Origin: Patescibacteria group bacterium
Lineage (GTDB): Bacteria > Patescibacteriota > Microgenomatia > UBA1400 > UBA1449
Length of the DNA: 64,000 nucleotides
Assembly: GCA_050942955.1 (NCBI GenBank)
Contig: JBMNOG010000002.1
Span: 32,762 to 96,761 of the forward strand
Reading direction: 5' to 3'
Made by a program: the position numbers and the translations under genes. The notes under the pieces were generated by a model. It was not told the DNA's origin and did not search any database. It saw only the letters and a program-made list of their open reading frames with translations. This document shows positions 19,579-28,618 of this stretch, one piece after another. The stretch's first letter is position 1. The number at the start of each line of letters is the position of its first letter.

Positions 19579-20115
19579 ATGCTTAATTTAAAGCTCATAG
19601 CTGTAACGGCATTTATCCTTAGCATAGCTATTGCCCTTCAGAATGTACAGAATATTGCCAAAGCTTCTCAAAACTATGAGAGTTCGGAGCTAATTTCCCC
19701 ACTGCCGGTAGAACCAGTTTTACCTTCAGAAGAAGCTCCTTTGGATACACCAAGTACCTTAGAATTTTTGGAAGACATCAGCAAAACTAATCCTGAAGAA
19801 CCAACCATTTCTTCTGAAAATAGTCTTTACCGCTTTGTCTATCCTAACGCTCAGGTACTCCAGGAAACTCTGACAACTTTCAGCCTTAATACGCCAGACA
19901 GCCCTGAAACCGTAACCGAATGGTATAAAAAACTTTTTGCCCAAAGTGAAATGAAGGCTCAAAGCACCATACAAACCAGAACAAACAATTTGGTAATTAA
20001 CACTTTAACCGGAGCTAATTTGGACTATGAGGTAGGTGTCCGTATTAAAAGTGACACTCCCGGAAACACTGACATTTATGTTGAAGTTATCAATTTTTAC
20101 AAAGAAAATATATGA
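19579..20115 (+). CDS. Hypothetical exported protein (first gene of the repeat-protein locus)
   Basis: Signal-like N-terminus, Pro/Glu linker and FVYPNA...VTEWYK domain; stop overlaps the next start (ATGA). Confidence 0.7.
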   Translation: MLNLKLIAVTAFILSIAIALQNVQNIAKASQNYESSELISPLPVEPVLPSEEAPLDTPSTLEFLEDISKTNPEEPTISSENSLYRFVYPNAQVLQETLTTFSLNTPDSPETVTEWYKKLFAQSEMKAQSTIQTRTNNLVINTLTGANLDYEVGVRIKSDTPGNTDIYVEVINFYKENI

Positions 20116-20729
20116 AAATTCCAAGAGTATTTCCTCATATTTCTTCTGGGGAAAGTAGTTACAAGCGGTTCGTCTATATTGCTATAGCTTTATTTGCAGT
20201 CGGAGCAGTCATTGCTGGTAATGGCTTTATTTCAAGAAGCCGCAATACTCAGGCATCTGATTTAACCACTTCACAGACTGATTCTAAAAATGTTATCCCT
20301 TCTCCTCAGCCAAAAGCAATCAAGGAGATCAATCAGAATTTCTCATTTACTTTAGGTACAGGAAGAGACACCACCACCGTAGATTACACCATTGAAAATG
20401 CGGAGCTAGTTGATGAGATTATTATTGGCGGCCAAAGAGCACGAGCAGTTTCAGGCCGCATGTTTCTAATCTTAAATCTAAAAATTACCAATACCAACAA
20501 CCAGGGAATCCAGATTAATACCCGTAACTTTGTTAGAGTAGCCAGAGAAACTATACCTGATGAATGGCTAGCTCCGGATATCCATAATGATCCGGTCGAA
20601 GTGCAAGCAGTTTCTACAAAGCAAACCAGAGTCGGTTTTCCTGTGAGCAGTACCGATCAGGCTTTTACCTTAAGAGTCGGTCCGATTGACGGAGAAAAGA
20701 ATGACATAAACCTTTCATTTAAAAACTAA
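20112..20729 (+). CDS. Membrane-anchored DUF4352-like Ig-fold protein
   Basis: N-terminal TM; FLILNLKITN...V..STK..RVGF pattern. Confidence 0.65.
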   Translation: MKIPRVFPHISSGESSYKRFVYIAIALFAVGAVIAGNGFISRSRNTQASDLTTSQTDSKNVIPSPQPKAIKEINQNFSFTLGTGRDTTTVDYTIENAELVDEIIIGGQRARAVSGRMFLILNLKITNTNNQGIQINTRNFVRVARETIPDEWLAPDIHNDPVEVQAVSTKQTRVGFPVSSTDQAFTLRVGPIDGEKNDINLSFKN

Positions 20730-20766
20730 GAAGTAGAATATCCCTTGCTCATACTTATATATAAAC

Positions 20767-20793
20767 AAAAGCGGAGAGCCCCTCTCCGTTTTT
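20767..20793 (+). terminator. Intrinsic terminator
   Basis: GCGGAGAG-ccc-CTCTCCGT stem followed by a T run, with an A run on the other side. Confidence 0.7.
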
Positions 20794-20970
20794 ATTCGTC
20801 CTGCCTATTATTAAGGTAAAAATATCCTGCTAAACGAACCAATTTCTATTACTTTATTCTTACTGGTTTTTCATTTTCCTGTAAAAGTAATGCAATAAAC
20901 TCTGACGAAGTGAAGTGCCCCTCATGCATGTTTGAGGGAAACGCCAAATAGAGAGGAGGTGAGTAGAAAA

Positions 20971-22206
20971 ATGAAAAAACTTTTTAGAAAGCTGGCTGCT
21001 GCCGCAGCACTAAGCTCCATGCTACTTCAAGTCTTTGCCTCTATTGCTTTAGCTGAAACTATTGAAATTTCCGGTAACGGCGCTGATTCTGAGAACGATG
21101 CGATGGTAAATACTACCAAACAAACAACTGTCGTCCAAAACAACACTGCTGAGATCTTTAACGATATTGAAGCTGAGGCTGAGACAGGCGAAAACGAGGC
21201 TAATGACAATACCGGGGGTGATACGCTTATCATGACTGGTAATGCTACGACATCAGTAGATGTTGCAACAAGAGTTAATCTCAATGCGATAGAAGACAGA
21301 GTTGAGACACAGAGAGACGACACCAGTATTCTGATTTCCGGTAACGGAGCAGATTCTGACAATGACGTTGATCTGAATTCTCTCGAAGAAACAGAAATTT
21401 TCCAGGATAACTTTGCTTACATTGAAAACGATATTGAAGCTGAGGCTGAGACAGGCGAAAACGAGGCCAACCGTAATACTGGCGGCGAAACCGCTGTTAT
21501 TACCGGCCATGCCACTACCGAAGTCGAAGTTTCTAATGTAGCTAACGCCAACCTGGTTGATCTCAGAGGTCCAACAAACGGAACAGTCCCAACCTACGAT
21601 ATCAGGATTGTCGGCAATGGTGCTAATAGCAGGACAAATGTCGACGTTAACCGGCAAAAATTCCTGACAATTGTTCAGGATAACTTTGCAGATATCTTCA
21701 ACTATGTTGAGGTTGAAGCAGAGACCGGTGAAAACGAGGCCAATGATAATACAGGCGGGGACGTCATGATTGACACAGGTATGGCTCAAGCTTCTGCAAC
21801 TGTAGAAAACTGGGCAAACCTGAACGTGGCTACTACCAATGGATGGCTGCCGGAGGTTCTGGCAAAAATTTATGGGAATGGAGCTTTATCCCGAAACGAT
21901 GTTGATGTTTGCTTCTTAGATGAAGTCGCCGTTTTCCAGGGAGATGACGGAGAGAGTGGAAACGTTCTCTTCCTTGAGAATGATGTTGATAACGAACCCG
22001 AAAGCGGTGATAACGAGGCAAACAGAAATACGTATGGCGAAGGTGATCCACTCGTGATTACCGGCCATGCTCTATCCGATGTCCTAGTAAGGAACACGGC
22101 TAACGCCAATTACTATGGCACCCGTCCTGCTATGGACTGGTTTGATAATTTTGAATTGAACTTTTCGTTCAATTTAGGAGGTCTCGTAGGTAGGTTACTT
22201 AGGTAA
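20971..22206 (+). CDS. Secreted protein made of four ~90-aa Asn/Gly/Thr-rich repeats (putative beta-solenoid/fibre subunit)
   Basis: Signal peptide (…SIALA/ET); four copies of GNGAxSxN...QxNxAxIxN...TGENEANxNTGG...TGxA; strong SD GAGGAGGTGA. Confidence 0.75.
   Translation: MKKLFRKLAAAAALSSMLLQVFASIALAETIEISGNGADSENDAMVNTTKQTTVVQNNTAEIFNDIEAEAETGENEANDNTGGDTLIMTGNATTSVDVATRVNLNAIEDRVETQRDDTSILISGNGADSDNDVDLNSLEETEIFQDNFAYIENDIEAEAETGENEANRNTGGETAVITGHATTEVEVSNVANANLVDLRGPTNGTVPTYDIRIVGNGANSRTNVDVNRQKFLTIVQDNFADIFNYVEVEAETGENEANDNTGGDVMIDTGMAQASATVENWANLNVATTNGWLPEVLAKIYGNGALSRNDVDVCFLDEVAVFQGDDGESGNVLFLENDVDNEPESGDNEANRNTYGEGDPLVITGHALSDVLVRNTANANYYGTRPAMDWFDNFELNFSFNLGGLVGRLLR
21160..21467 (+). 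repeat. Perfect 41-bp direct repeat inside the repeat-protein gene (21160-21200 and 21427-21467)
   Basis: aacgatattgaagctgaggctgagacaggcgaaaacgaggc occurs twice. Confidence 0.9.
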
Positions 22207-22211
22207 CACAT

Positions 22212-22268
22212 TGTAGTCAGATGGGGAGTTTCCTGGTCGCACTTCAACAGAAACTCCCCGTCACTACA
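22212..22268 (+). other. Long intergenic stem-loop between the two repeat-protein genes
   Basis: TGTAGT-ca-GATGGGGAGTTTC ... GAAACTCCCCGTC-ACTACA, with no U-run on the + strand. Confidence 0.7.
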
Positions 22269-22293
22269 CATAAAAAAACAAAAAGAAAGATGT

Positions 22294-24570
22294 ATGAAAG
22301 TCGCTACGATTAAAAAAACAATAATAACTTTTTTTCTCCTTTATTGGAGTGCATTCTCAATAGTCCCAGTTAGAGCTCTTGAAGCCCCGTCCTCACCCAG
22401 TGCTCCTTCTGCACCTGCATCACCTTCATCAGAAACTTCTGACCCAAATGACTCAAGTGAAAGTACAGACACACCCTCTGCTCCAGAAACCCCATCAGCC
22501 CCTTCGCTAAATGAATCTAATGAGGAAGATACAGCTGAAGAAGAATCCCAATCACCAGCCCCTTCACCAACACCTGAACCAGCACAGGCAGAAACTCAAT
22601 CAAACACAAGTAATAGTAGTACTGACAGTCAAGGTAGTTCTACCAACAGCACAGCTGATAATGTCGTTAACGACGGGAACACCGGGGAAACTGTTATCAA
22701 AACCGGAGATGTTACCACTACAGGGACAGCCGCAACAATCGCTAACACTAATACAAACACTCAAAGTGGAACATCAGCTTTAAATGGAGATATTGTGGTA
22801 ATAACTGAAGATAATGGTTCTGGTTCCATTAATAATACTGATTATGAAGTAATAGATGATTCTCAAACTCTTCAGGATAATAACGCAGCAGTTGGCAATA
22901 ACCTTAATCTTGATTCTGTCTCAGGCCACAACTCAGCTTCAAAAAACCTTGGCGACTCGATGATTATTTCAGGGGATGCTAATGTCAGCGGTACGGCAGT
23001 CACTGCAGTTAATACTAATGTAGACGGTGTTGGTTTAGCCCACTTCACCATTGCCGATGATCACAAAGGTGACATTATTCTAGATTTTAGCAGCTTAGTC
23101 CCCCAGGAAGGCACTGGCTCGGCCGTAACTACCACCTCTGGTAACGGAAGTAACTCTGAGAATGACAGTTCCCTTACGTTTCTATCAGACAGCGATACAT
23201 TCCAAACCAATGACGCCGCAGTTGGTAATAACTTAACTCTTGTGGCTGACAGCGGCCTGAATACTGCCAGTTACAATACCGGCGGCGACTCAATTATCAA
23301 AACAGGCGATGCCAATGTTTCAGCCAATGCTATTACCTTTGCTAACAATAATTTCTCAGGCAATGTTATTTACGCAGTTGTCGATATTTTTGGCAGCCTT
23401 GAGGGTGATATTATTTTACCTCTGGAAGCTTTTAATGCTTTCCTGTCAGCAACTTCTTCTGCCAGCCTTGCAGCTGCAACAACTGGAAATGGCAGTAATT
23501 CCACCAATACAACAGAATTTGCTGACACTGAAACTTCAACCCTAGTCCAGGATAATAATGCCGAGATAGCTAACGACATTACTGCAGAGGCTACAACCGG
23601 AGATAACCAAACCAGTAACAACACAGGCGGCAACTCCATTGTTAAAACAGGCAATGCTGATACTGATGTAAATGTCTTAAACATAGCAAACAATAATCTT
23701 GAAGGCGGCAACTGGTGGTTAGTGCTGGTTAATAAAGCCGGACAGTGGATCGGTAAAATCTTTGGAATGAAAGATGGCGCTGTTGCCGCCGGTTCAGAAG
23801 GTTTAGAGGTTACAGTTAACGAAGACGGTTCAGTCAACGCCACTAATGGCTCCCAACCCGCAACAGTAACCACTACAGAAAACGGCGCTAACTCTAAAAA
23901 TGTAACTACTATTACCCAAACAGAAAACAGCGAAACATTCCAAACAAATAACGCTGCTATTAACAACAGCTTGAATCTGACAGCAAATACCGGTGGTAAC
24001 ACCGCTAGCTATAACACAGGTGGCGACTCAACTATTATAACCGGGGATGCTAAGATTGTGGCTAATATTGTTAACTTTGTAAACAACAACATCGCCACTG
24101 GCGGCAAACTGATCGTCACAGTAATCAATGTCTTTGATAAATGGTTCGGGGATTTTCTGCCCCCTGGAGTAACAAAACCCACCGAAGAAGACCCGGGTGG
24201 GAGTAACGATCCCGGTACGGGTGGGGGAGGAGTTAATCCAACCCAGGAAAATACAAACAACAATAGCACTTCCGTTTCAGAAGATAGCAGTCAGGAAAGT
24301 AGCTCTACTCAAAGCACGGAAAATACTACAAGTACCACAGGTAAAGTTTTAAGCTACTTTAAATCTAACCGCAACCAACAAGTAGTCGAGCAAACAAATG
24401 ACAATCAGGATAGTAAAGTTTTAGGCGAATACTTCAGTAACACCAATTCCAAACAAAAGGTTGATGTCAATCTGGCCTGGCTCCTTCTGGGAATACCTGG
24501 ACTGGGGGTAGCTCTACTTATCAAACGGAGGCGAAAAATTGCCAACTGGATACGCTTCAACCTCTTTTAG
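22294..24570 (+). CDS. Large surface protein with the same ~90-aa repeats, low-complexity linkers and a C-terminal TM anchor
   Basis: Signal peptide and Pro/Ser/Glu stalk; about 4.5 repeats (NGSNSxN...QxNxAxxxN...TGxNxASxNTGG...TGDA); TM followed by KRRRK. Confidence 0.75.
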   Translation: MKVATIKKTIITFFLLYWSAFSIVPVRALEAPSSPSAPSAPASPSSETSDPNDSSESTDTPSAPETPSAPSLNESNEEDTAEEESQSPAPSPTPEPAQAETQSNTSNSSTDSQGSSTNSTADNVVNDGNTGETVIKTGDVTTTGTAATIANTNTNTQSGTSALNGDIVVITEDNGSGSINNTDYEVIDDSQTLQDNNAAVGNNLNLDSVSGHNSASKNLGDSMIISGDANVSGTAVTAVNTNVDGVGLAHFTIADDHKGDIILDFSSLVPQEGTGSAVTTTSGNGSNSENDSSLTFLSDSDTFQTNDAAVGNNLTLVADSGLNTASYNTGGDSIIKTGDANVSANAITFANNNFSGNVIYAVVDIFGSLEGDIILPLEAFNAFLSATSSASLAAATTGNGSNSTNTTEFADTETSTLVQDNNAEIANDITAEATTGDNQTSNNTGGNSIVKTGNADTDVNVLNIANNNLEGGNWWLVLVNKAGQWIGKIFGMKDGAVAAGSEGLEVTVNEDGSVNATNGSQPATVTTTENGANSKNVTTITQTENSETFQTNNAAINNSLNLTANTGGNTASYNTGGDSTIITGDAKIVANIVNFVNNNIATGGKLIVTVINVFDKWFGDFLPPGVTKPTEEDPGGSNDPGTGGGGVNPTQENTNNNSTSVSEDSSQESSSTQSTENTTSTTGKVLSYFKSNRNQQVVEQTNDNQDSKVLGEYFSNTNSKQKVDVNLAWLLLGIPGLGVALLIKRRRKIANWIRFNLF

Positions 24571-24601
24571 CTGAAACTCTGGACTTTGGAGCTTTTAACC
24601 C

Positions 24602-25549
24602 CTACCCGAAGGTAAAGGCAAATACTTCAAGATTGTCGTCCAAAAACTCAAGCTGAAGAAGGTGGTTATCTGCTTTAGTTAATCGTATAAGATTATACAA
24701 GCGATCCTCAGTTACCGGCACAATACCAGCATCCACATCTTCACCTGCTGCATTTTCCTTAACTTGTTCATGATCAAGCAAGACCTTTACCTGGCCCGAT
24801 TCCTTTTGGGGACGCATAACTAAGTAGACTTCCTTTGCATTGAAATGAAGAAGGAGCATACTGCCATGTGTAGGCTGGGCATGGTGTTCTTTCACCGTCC
24901 ACTTTCCTAAAAACGCAAAGGTGTTAAGCAGTAGCTCATCAGGAGTAGTGTAAATACTAAGTTTATCAGGAACTACTTCTTCAGGTGAAGCCAAGTAAGA
25001 CACTCTTAGATACCTCAAGTATAGTTCCGGCGTCTGGGCCTCAATTATATAAGGTGGGTTCTCTACCAAAATACCATCTATATTTGCCCCAGCTTCCTTT
25101 AGGAGTTCTTGGATAACCATCTCTGATTCATCGTAACTGCCTTCACCATAGTGAATCCACCTAATTTTGCCGTTGCCATCTACAAAGTATTTTGCCGGCC
25201 AATAGTGATTATCGTACGCATGCCAGGTTGCGTAGTTGTTATCCTGCATAATCGGAAACTTCAAGCCATAGCGCTTGATAGCATTTTCCAGGTTTAGAGG
25301 ATTTTTCTCAAAGTCAAACTCCGGCGAGTGGACACCAACAATCTCAAAGCCTTTACCTTTGTACTTTTCATACCAGCGGTTGAGATAAGGAAAAGTCCTG
25401 ATACAGTTAATACAGGAATAGGACATAAAATCAACCAAAACAACTTTTCCCCGCAATTCTTTCAAAGTGAGAGGTTTGGAATTGAACCATTTACCTCCTG
25501 GGATAAACTCGGATGCAGAAACAAAACCTTTTTCTAGAATTACTGACAT
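24602..25549 (-). CDS. DipZ-like thioredoxin with C-terminal beta-sandwich domain
   Basis: LRGKVVLVDF..SCINC, GVHSPEF, NHYWPAKY and C-terminal FTFG. Confidence 0.85.
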   Translation of the reverse strand: MSVILEKGFVSASEFIPGGKWFNSKPLTLKELRGKVVLVDFMSYSCINCIRTFPYLNRWYEKYKGKGFEIVGVHSPEFDFEKNPLNLENAIKRYGLKFPIMQDNNYATWHAYDNHYWPAKYFVDGNGKIRWIHYGEGSYDESEMVIQELLKEAGANIDGILVENPPYIIEAQTPELYLRYLRVSYLASPEEVVPDKLSIYTTPDELLLNTFAFLGKWTVKEHHAQPTHGSMLLLHFNAKEVYLVMRPQKESGQVKVLLDHEQVKENAAGEDVDAGIVPVTEDRLYNLIRLTKADNHLLQLEFLDDNLEVFAFTFG

Positions 25550-25606
25550 ACCAAAATTATTGTAGTAAAACAGGCCTGAAAATAGAGTGAAGAGGAATTC
25601 CTCCTG

Positions 25607-25660
25607 TTTACCCAAGTCTTACTTGGCACTTACAAAGCTCACAAACCCGCTCTCTAAACT
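25607..25660 (+). promoter_or_regulatory. 11-bp-period TTAC repeat array plus -10 box
   Basis: tttac 25607, cttac 25618 and cttac 25629, then TAAACT at 25655. Confidence 0.6.
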
Positions 25661-25685
25661 AAATAGGCAAATTGAAAGGAGGTAT

Positions 25686-26120
25686 ATGTCAACTACAGGC
25701 TTAGACACATTTGACCGTACCGTCCAGCAAACGAATGAGATCCTCGGCAAAATTGAGGAGACATTTAACTGGCAGGGCCGTCGTAACCAGTCCTATGCAG
25801 CCTTAAGAACTGTTATACAAACTCTTCGCGACAGGCTGCCGGTCAAACAGGCAGTTAACTTCGGTTCTCAGCTGCCTATGCTAGTAAAAGGGATTTACTA
25901 CGAAGGCTGGGACCCGGACAAAGTTCCGATGCGCATGGATGAAGAAGAGTTTTTAAATCGGATCCGTCAGGAGTTCCCTTTTTCCTTGCGAGAAGATGTG
26001 AATATTCGAGATGTAACTAAAATTATACTCACAGTCATTATGAATAGAATCTCAAAAGGCGAAGTTGAAGACATAAAGGCAAACTTACCTGAAGATGTAG
26101 CTTCACTTGTTGAAAGATAG
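25686..26120 (+). CDS. DUF2267 family protein
   Basis: FDRTVQQT, ALRTVIQTLRDRL, QLPMLVKGIYYEGW and GEVEDI..LP; SD GAAAGGAGGT. Confidence 0.88.
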   Translation: MSTTGLDTFDRTVQQTNEILGKIEETFNWQGRRNQSYAALRTVIQTLRDRLPVKQAVNFGSQLPMLVKGIYYEGWDPDKVPMRMDEEEFLNRIRQEFPFSLREDVNIRDVTKIILTVIMNRISKGEVEDIKANLPEDVASLVER

Positions 26121-26132
26121 AAAGGAATAAAG

Positions 26133-26939
26133 ATGCCGTTTTCTGAATGGATCTGGATTTTACTCCTTGCCGGATTTTTTATTTTCCCATGGTTAAGGGA
26201 GTATATAAGAAGAGAGCAAAGGGATTTTTTTCTAAGGCAAATTGAAAAGAAGAGAGGAACCCGGGTAATTGCCATTATCCAAAGATCAAGACTGCCTTCG
26301 CTCTTAGGCTTGCTGTTTTCCAAATTCTTAAGTCTTGATGATTCCGAAAAGATTGTCAGACTACTTAGAAAAACAGACAAAAACAAGCCTATTGACCTTA
26401 TTATTCACTCTCCAGGGGGGTTAGTCATTGCTGCCCGGCAAATTGCCCAAGCACTACGGTCACACAAAGCAAAAATTACCGCTTTTGTGCCGTACTATGC
26501 ATTGTCCGGCGGTACATACATAGCTCTAGCTGCAGATGAGATTGTGATGGATAAAAATGCCATTTTAAGCCAGCTTGATCCGCAGATTGCTAACATGCCG
26601 GCAGTTTCCATTCAGGAAGTTTTGAAAAAGAAAAAACCTAAGGATATTGACGACAAAACCATAGTGTTGGCAGATATTTCTGAAAAAGCCATAAGGCAAA
26701 CACAAAACTCTCTTGCGGAAATTCTCCAAGCCAATAACTACACTAAGAAGCAAAGCAAAAAGATAGTTAGTGAACTAATTTCTTCCAAGTACACTCATGA
26801 TAATGCTGTTGACTTTGAAGATGCCAAAAGGTTGGGATTAAGAGTTCGTAGTGATATTCCTAAAGAGATTTATGACCTTATGGAGCTTTACGGAGTTAAG
26901 GATAGGAGTGACTCAATTTTCTATTCATCTACTGACTAA
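26133..26939 (+). CDS. SDH family ClpP-fold serine protease (DUF114-like)
   Basis: IDLIIHSPGG, ALSGGT..ALAADEIVM, DPQ and THD. Confidence 0.88.
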   Translation: MPFSEWIWILLLAGFFIFPWLREYIRREQRDFFLRQIEKKRGTRVIAIIQRSRLPSLLGLLFSKFLSLDDSEKIVRLLRKTDKNKPIDLIIHSPGGLVIAARQIAQALRSHKAKITAFVPYYALSGGTYIALAADEIVMDKNAILSQLDPQIANMPAVSIQEVLKKKKPKDIDDKTIVLADISEKAIRQTQNSLAEILQANNYTKKQSKKIVSELISSKYTHDNAVDFEDAKRLGLRVRSDIPKEIYDLMELYGVKDRSDSIFYSSTD

Positions 26940-26956
26940 AACAAGTAGCTAAACTT

Positions 26957-27604
26957 ATGATCCCAATCAGAGATCAAAACAGAAGCAATATCACACCTTT
27001 TATGACATACTTTCTCTTAGCTGCTAATGTAGGCATTTTTCTATTTCTTTTAACACTTTCAAGGAGTGAACTAACTCAATTTATTGAGACTTACGCCTTT
27101 TTCCCCGCCAGCATCCTTAGAGGAGAAAACTATTACAGTGTTATTACTTCAATGTTTATCCACGGCGGGATCCTCCACATTTTCTCAAATATGCTTTTTC
27201 TCAACATATTTGGCGATAATCTCGAGGCCTGGCTCGGACACTTCAAGTATTTACTCTTTTACCTTCTAAGCGGCATTGGAGGTTCAGTCCTGCAAATCGT
27301 TACCAACCCAACCTCGTCTATACCCAATATTGGGGCTTCTGGCGCTATTGCCGGGCTTATGGGTGGATACTTAATTTTGTTTCCCAACAACAGAATAGAC
27401 CTACTGATCCCCTTTGGCTTAATTCTCGGAACTATCAGAGTTCCAGCCTTTACTATACTCTTTTACTGGTTTGTTTTACAATTTATTTTTGGCTTGGGCA
27501 GTCTTTCTTCACTAGGAGGCGGCATTGCCTACTTTGCTCATATTGGAGGCTTTTTAACCGGAGCTTTTGCAGTGCTTGTCATCCGCAGCTTCAGAAAAAG
27601 TTAA
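26957..27604 (+). CDS. Rhomboid family intramembrane serine protease
   Basis: SMFIHGG..H..NM, GASGAI and AHIGG. Confidence 0.93.
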   Translation: MIPIRDQNRSNITPFMTYFLLAANVGIFLFLLTLSRSELTQFIETYAFFPASILRGENYYSVITSMFIHGGILHIFSNMLFLNIFGDNLEAWLGHFKYLLFYLLSGIGGSVLQIVTNPTSSIPNIGASGAIAGLMGGYLILFPNNRIDLLIPFGLILGTIRVPAFTILFYWFVLQFIFGLGSLSSLGGGIAYFAHIGGFLTGAFAVLVIRSFRKS

Positions 27605-28275
27605 GTAACTCTCTTTGCTTTACGTAAGTACTGCACTACTTCTTCATCGCTGGTTTGTTCAAACTCTTGGTAGTACATTCCTGCAGCCCGAAAGTCGTAT
27701 GGAGCATAAAAGCAAACTAAATTAGCAACCTGCGTTGCAAGTGTTTGAGTAGTGTCATAGGCACAAACCGGTGCCGCAAAAACAATTTCAGCTGAATCAG
27801 TTCTTTTAATAGCAGCAATTGCAGCTCTTGCTGTAACACCCGTTGCTAAACCATCATCTACTAAGATAACTGTTTTATTCTCAAGGAAGGGAAGGGGATA
27901 ACCTCCGCGATACTTTTCAATACGGCGGCTAAGCTCTTGCTTTTCCTTGGAAATTACCTCCTCAAGCTCGTTTTCACTAATACCAAGCAAATGAGCAGTG
28001 GATTTATCTAAAATTTGGGTATCGTTTTCAGAAATCGCTCCAATTCCAAATTCCGGGTTACCGGGAGCGCCGATTTTACGGGACACAATTACATCTAAAG
28101 GAACTTCTAATTCTTGAGCTACTTCAAAAGCTACAGGAACACCACCGCGCGGCAGTCCTAAAACTACCGTGTTTTCTTTCCTATAGTTTTCCAGAAGTTG
28201 AGCCAGTTGCTTTCCTGCTTCCCTTCTATCTTTAAAAAGTACCGAGTTGGTAGCGAACACCTTAAACTCCTGCAT
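27601..28275 (-). CDS. Phosphoribosyltransferase family protein
   Basis: FKDRREAG, GLPRGGVPVA and VDDGLATG; start placed at MQEF, 7 nt after TACTAT. Confidence 0.88.
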   Translation of the reverse strand: MQEFKVFATNSVLFKDRREAGKQLAQLLENYRKENTVVLGLPRGGVPVAFEVAQELEVPLDVIVSRKIGAPGNPEFGIGAISENDTQILDKSTAHLLGISENELEEVISKEKQELSRRIEKYRGGYPLPFLENKTVILVDDGLATGVTARAAIAAIKRTDSAEIVFAAPVCAYDTTQTLATQVANLVCFYAPYDFRAAGMYYQEFEQTSDEEVVQYLRKAKRVT

Positions 28276-28282
28276 ACATACC

Positions 28283-28394
28283 ATAGTAGCCTACCAGCAT
28301 GTGATCCTGGTAAGAAATAGATCACAAGTCTATAAACAGTATTACCCCTTTCTTACAATCCCATTACTTGTTTCTTATGCACTCGCCTTACTAT
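28283..28394. promoter_or_regulatory. Divergent pair of TTAC-array promoters
   Basis: Plus strand: attac 28341, cttac 28352, attac 28363, cttat 28374, TACTAT 28389. Minus strand: cttac starting 28314, TACTAT starting 28288. Confidence 0.65.
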
Positions 28395-28429
28395 GCACAA
28401 ACTCATTAAGTTAGTAAGGAAGAGACCCC

Positions 28430-28618
28430 ATGAACGGCTCAGATTATTTTGGTTACAGAGAGCATAGTTATTTTGGAAGATCATCTGAAAGCAATGGACT
28501 TGAAAACGTAAGCAGTTATTACATGAGTGAAGCTGAAGATCAAATTAAGGAGTACGAAAACAAAGCGGAGTTAAATAAGAACACAAACAATCTTTCTTCA
28601 AAAGAAGCATTAGTGTAG
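28430..28618 (+). CDS. Small hypothetical protein (62 aa)
   Basis: AAGGA SD; lies downstream of the array promoter. Confidence 0.45.
   Translation: MNGSDYFGYREHSYFGRSSESNGLENVSSYYMSEAEDQIKEYENKAELNKNTNNLSSKEALV

Noticed and set aside
20902-20945. Hammerhead-ribozyme-like CTGACGA...GAAAC in the leader of the repeat-protein gene
   Set aside because: The bases next to CUGACGA and GAAA do not close stem II, and no stems I/III are evident. Only a 6-bp CCCTCA/TGAGGG hairpin is present.
21027-24269. Long antisense ORFs over the repeat genes
   Set aside because: Shadow frames caused by biased codon use in Asn/Thr/Gly-rich genes; they have no motifs.
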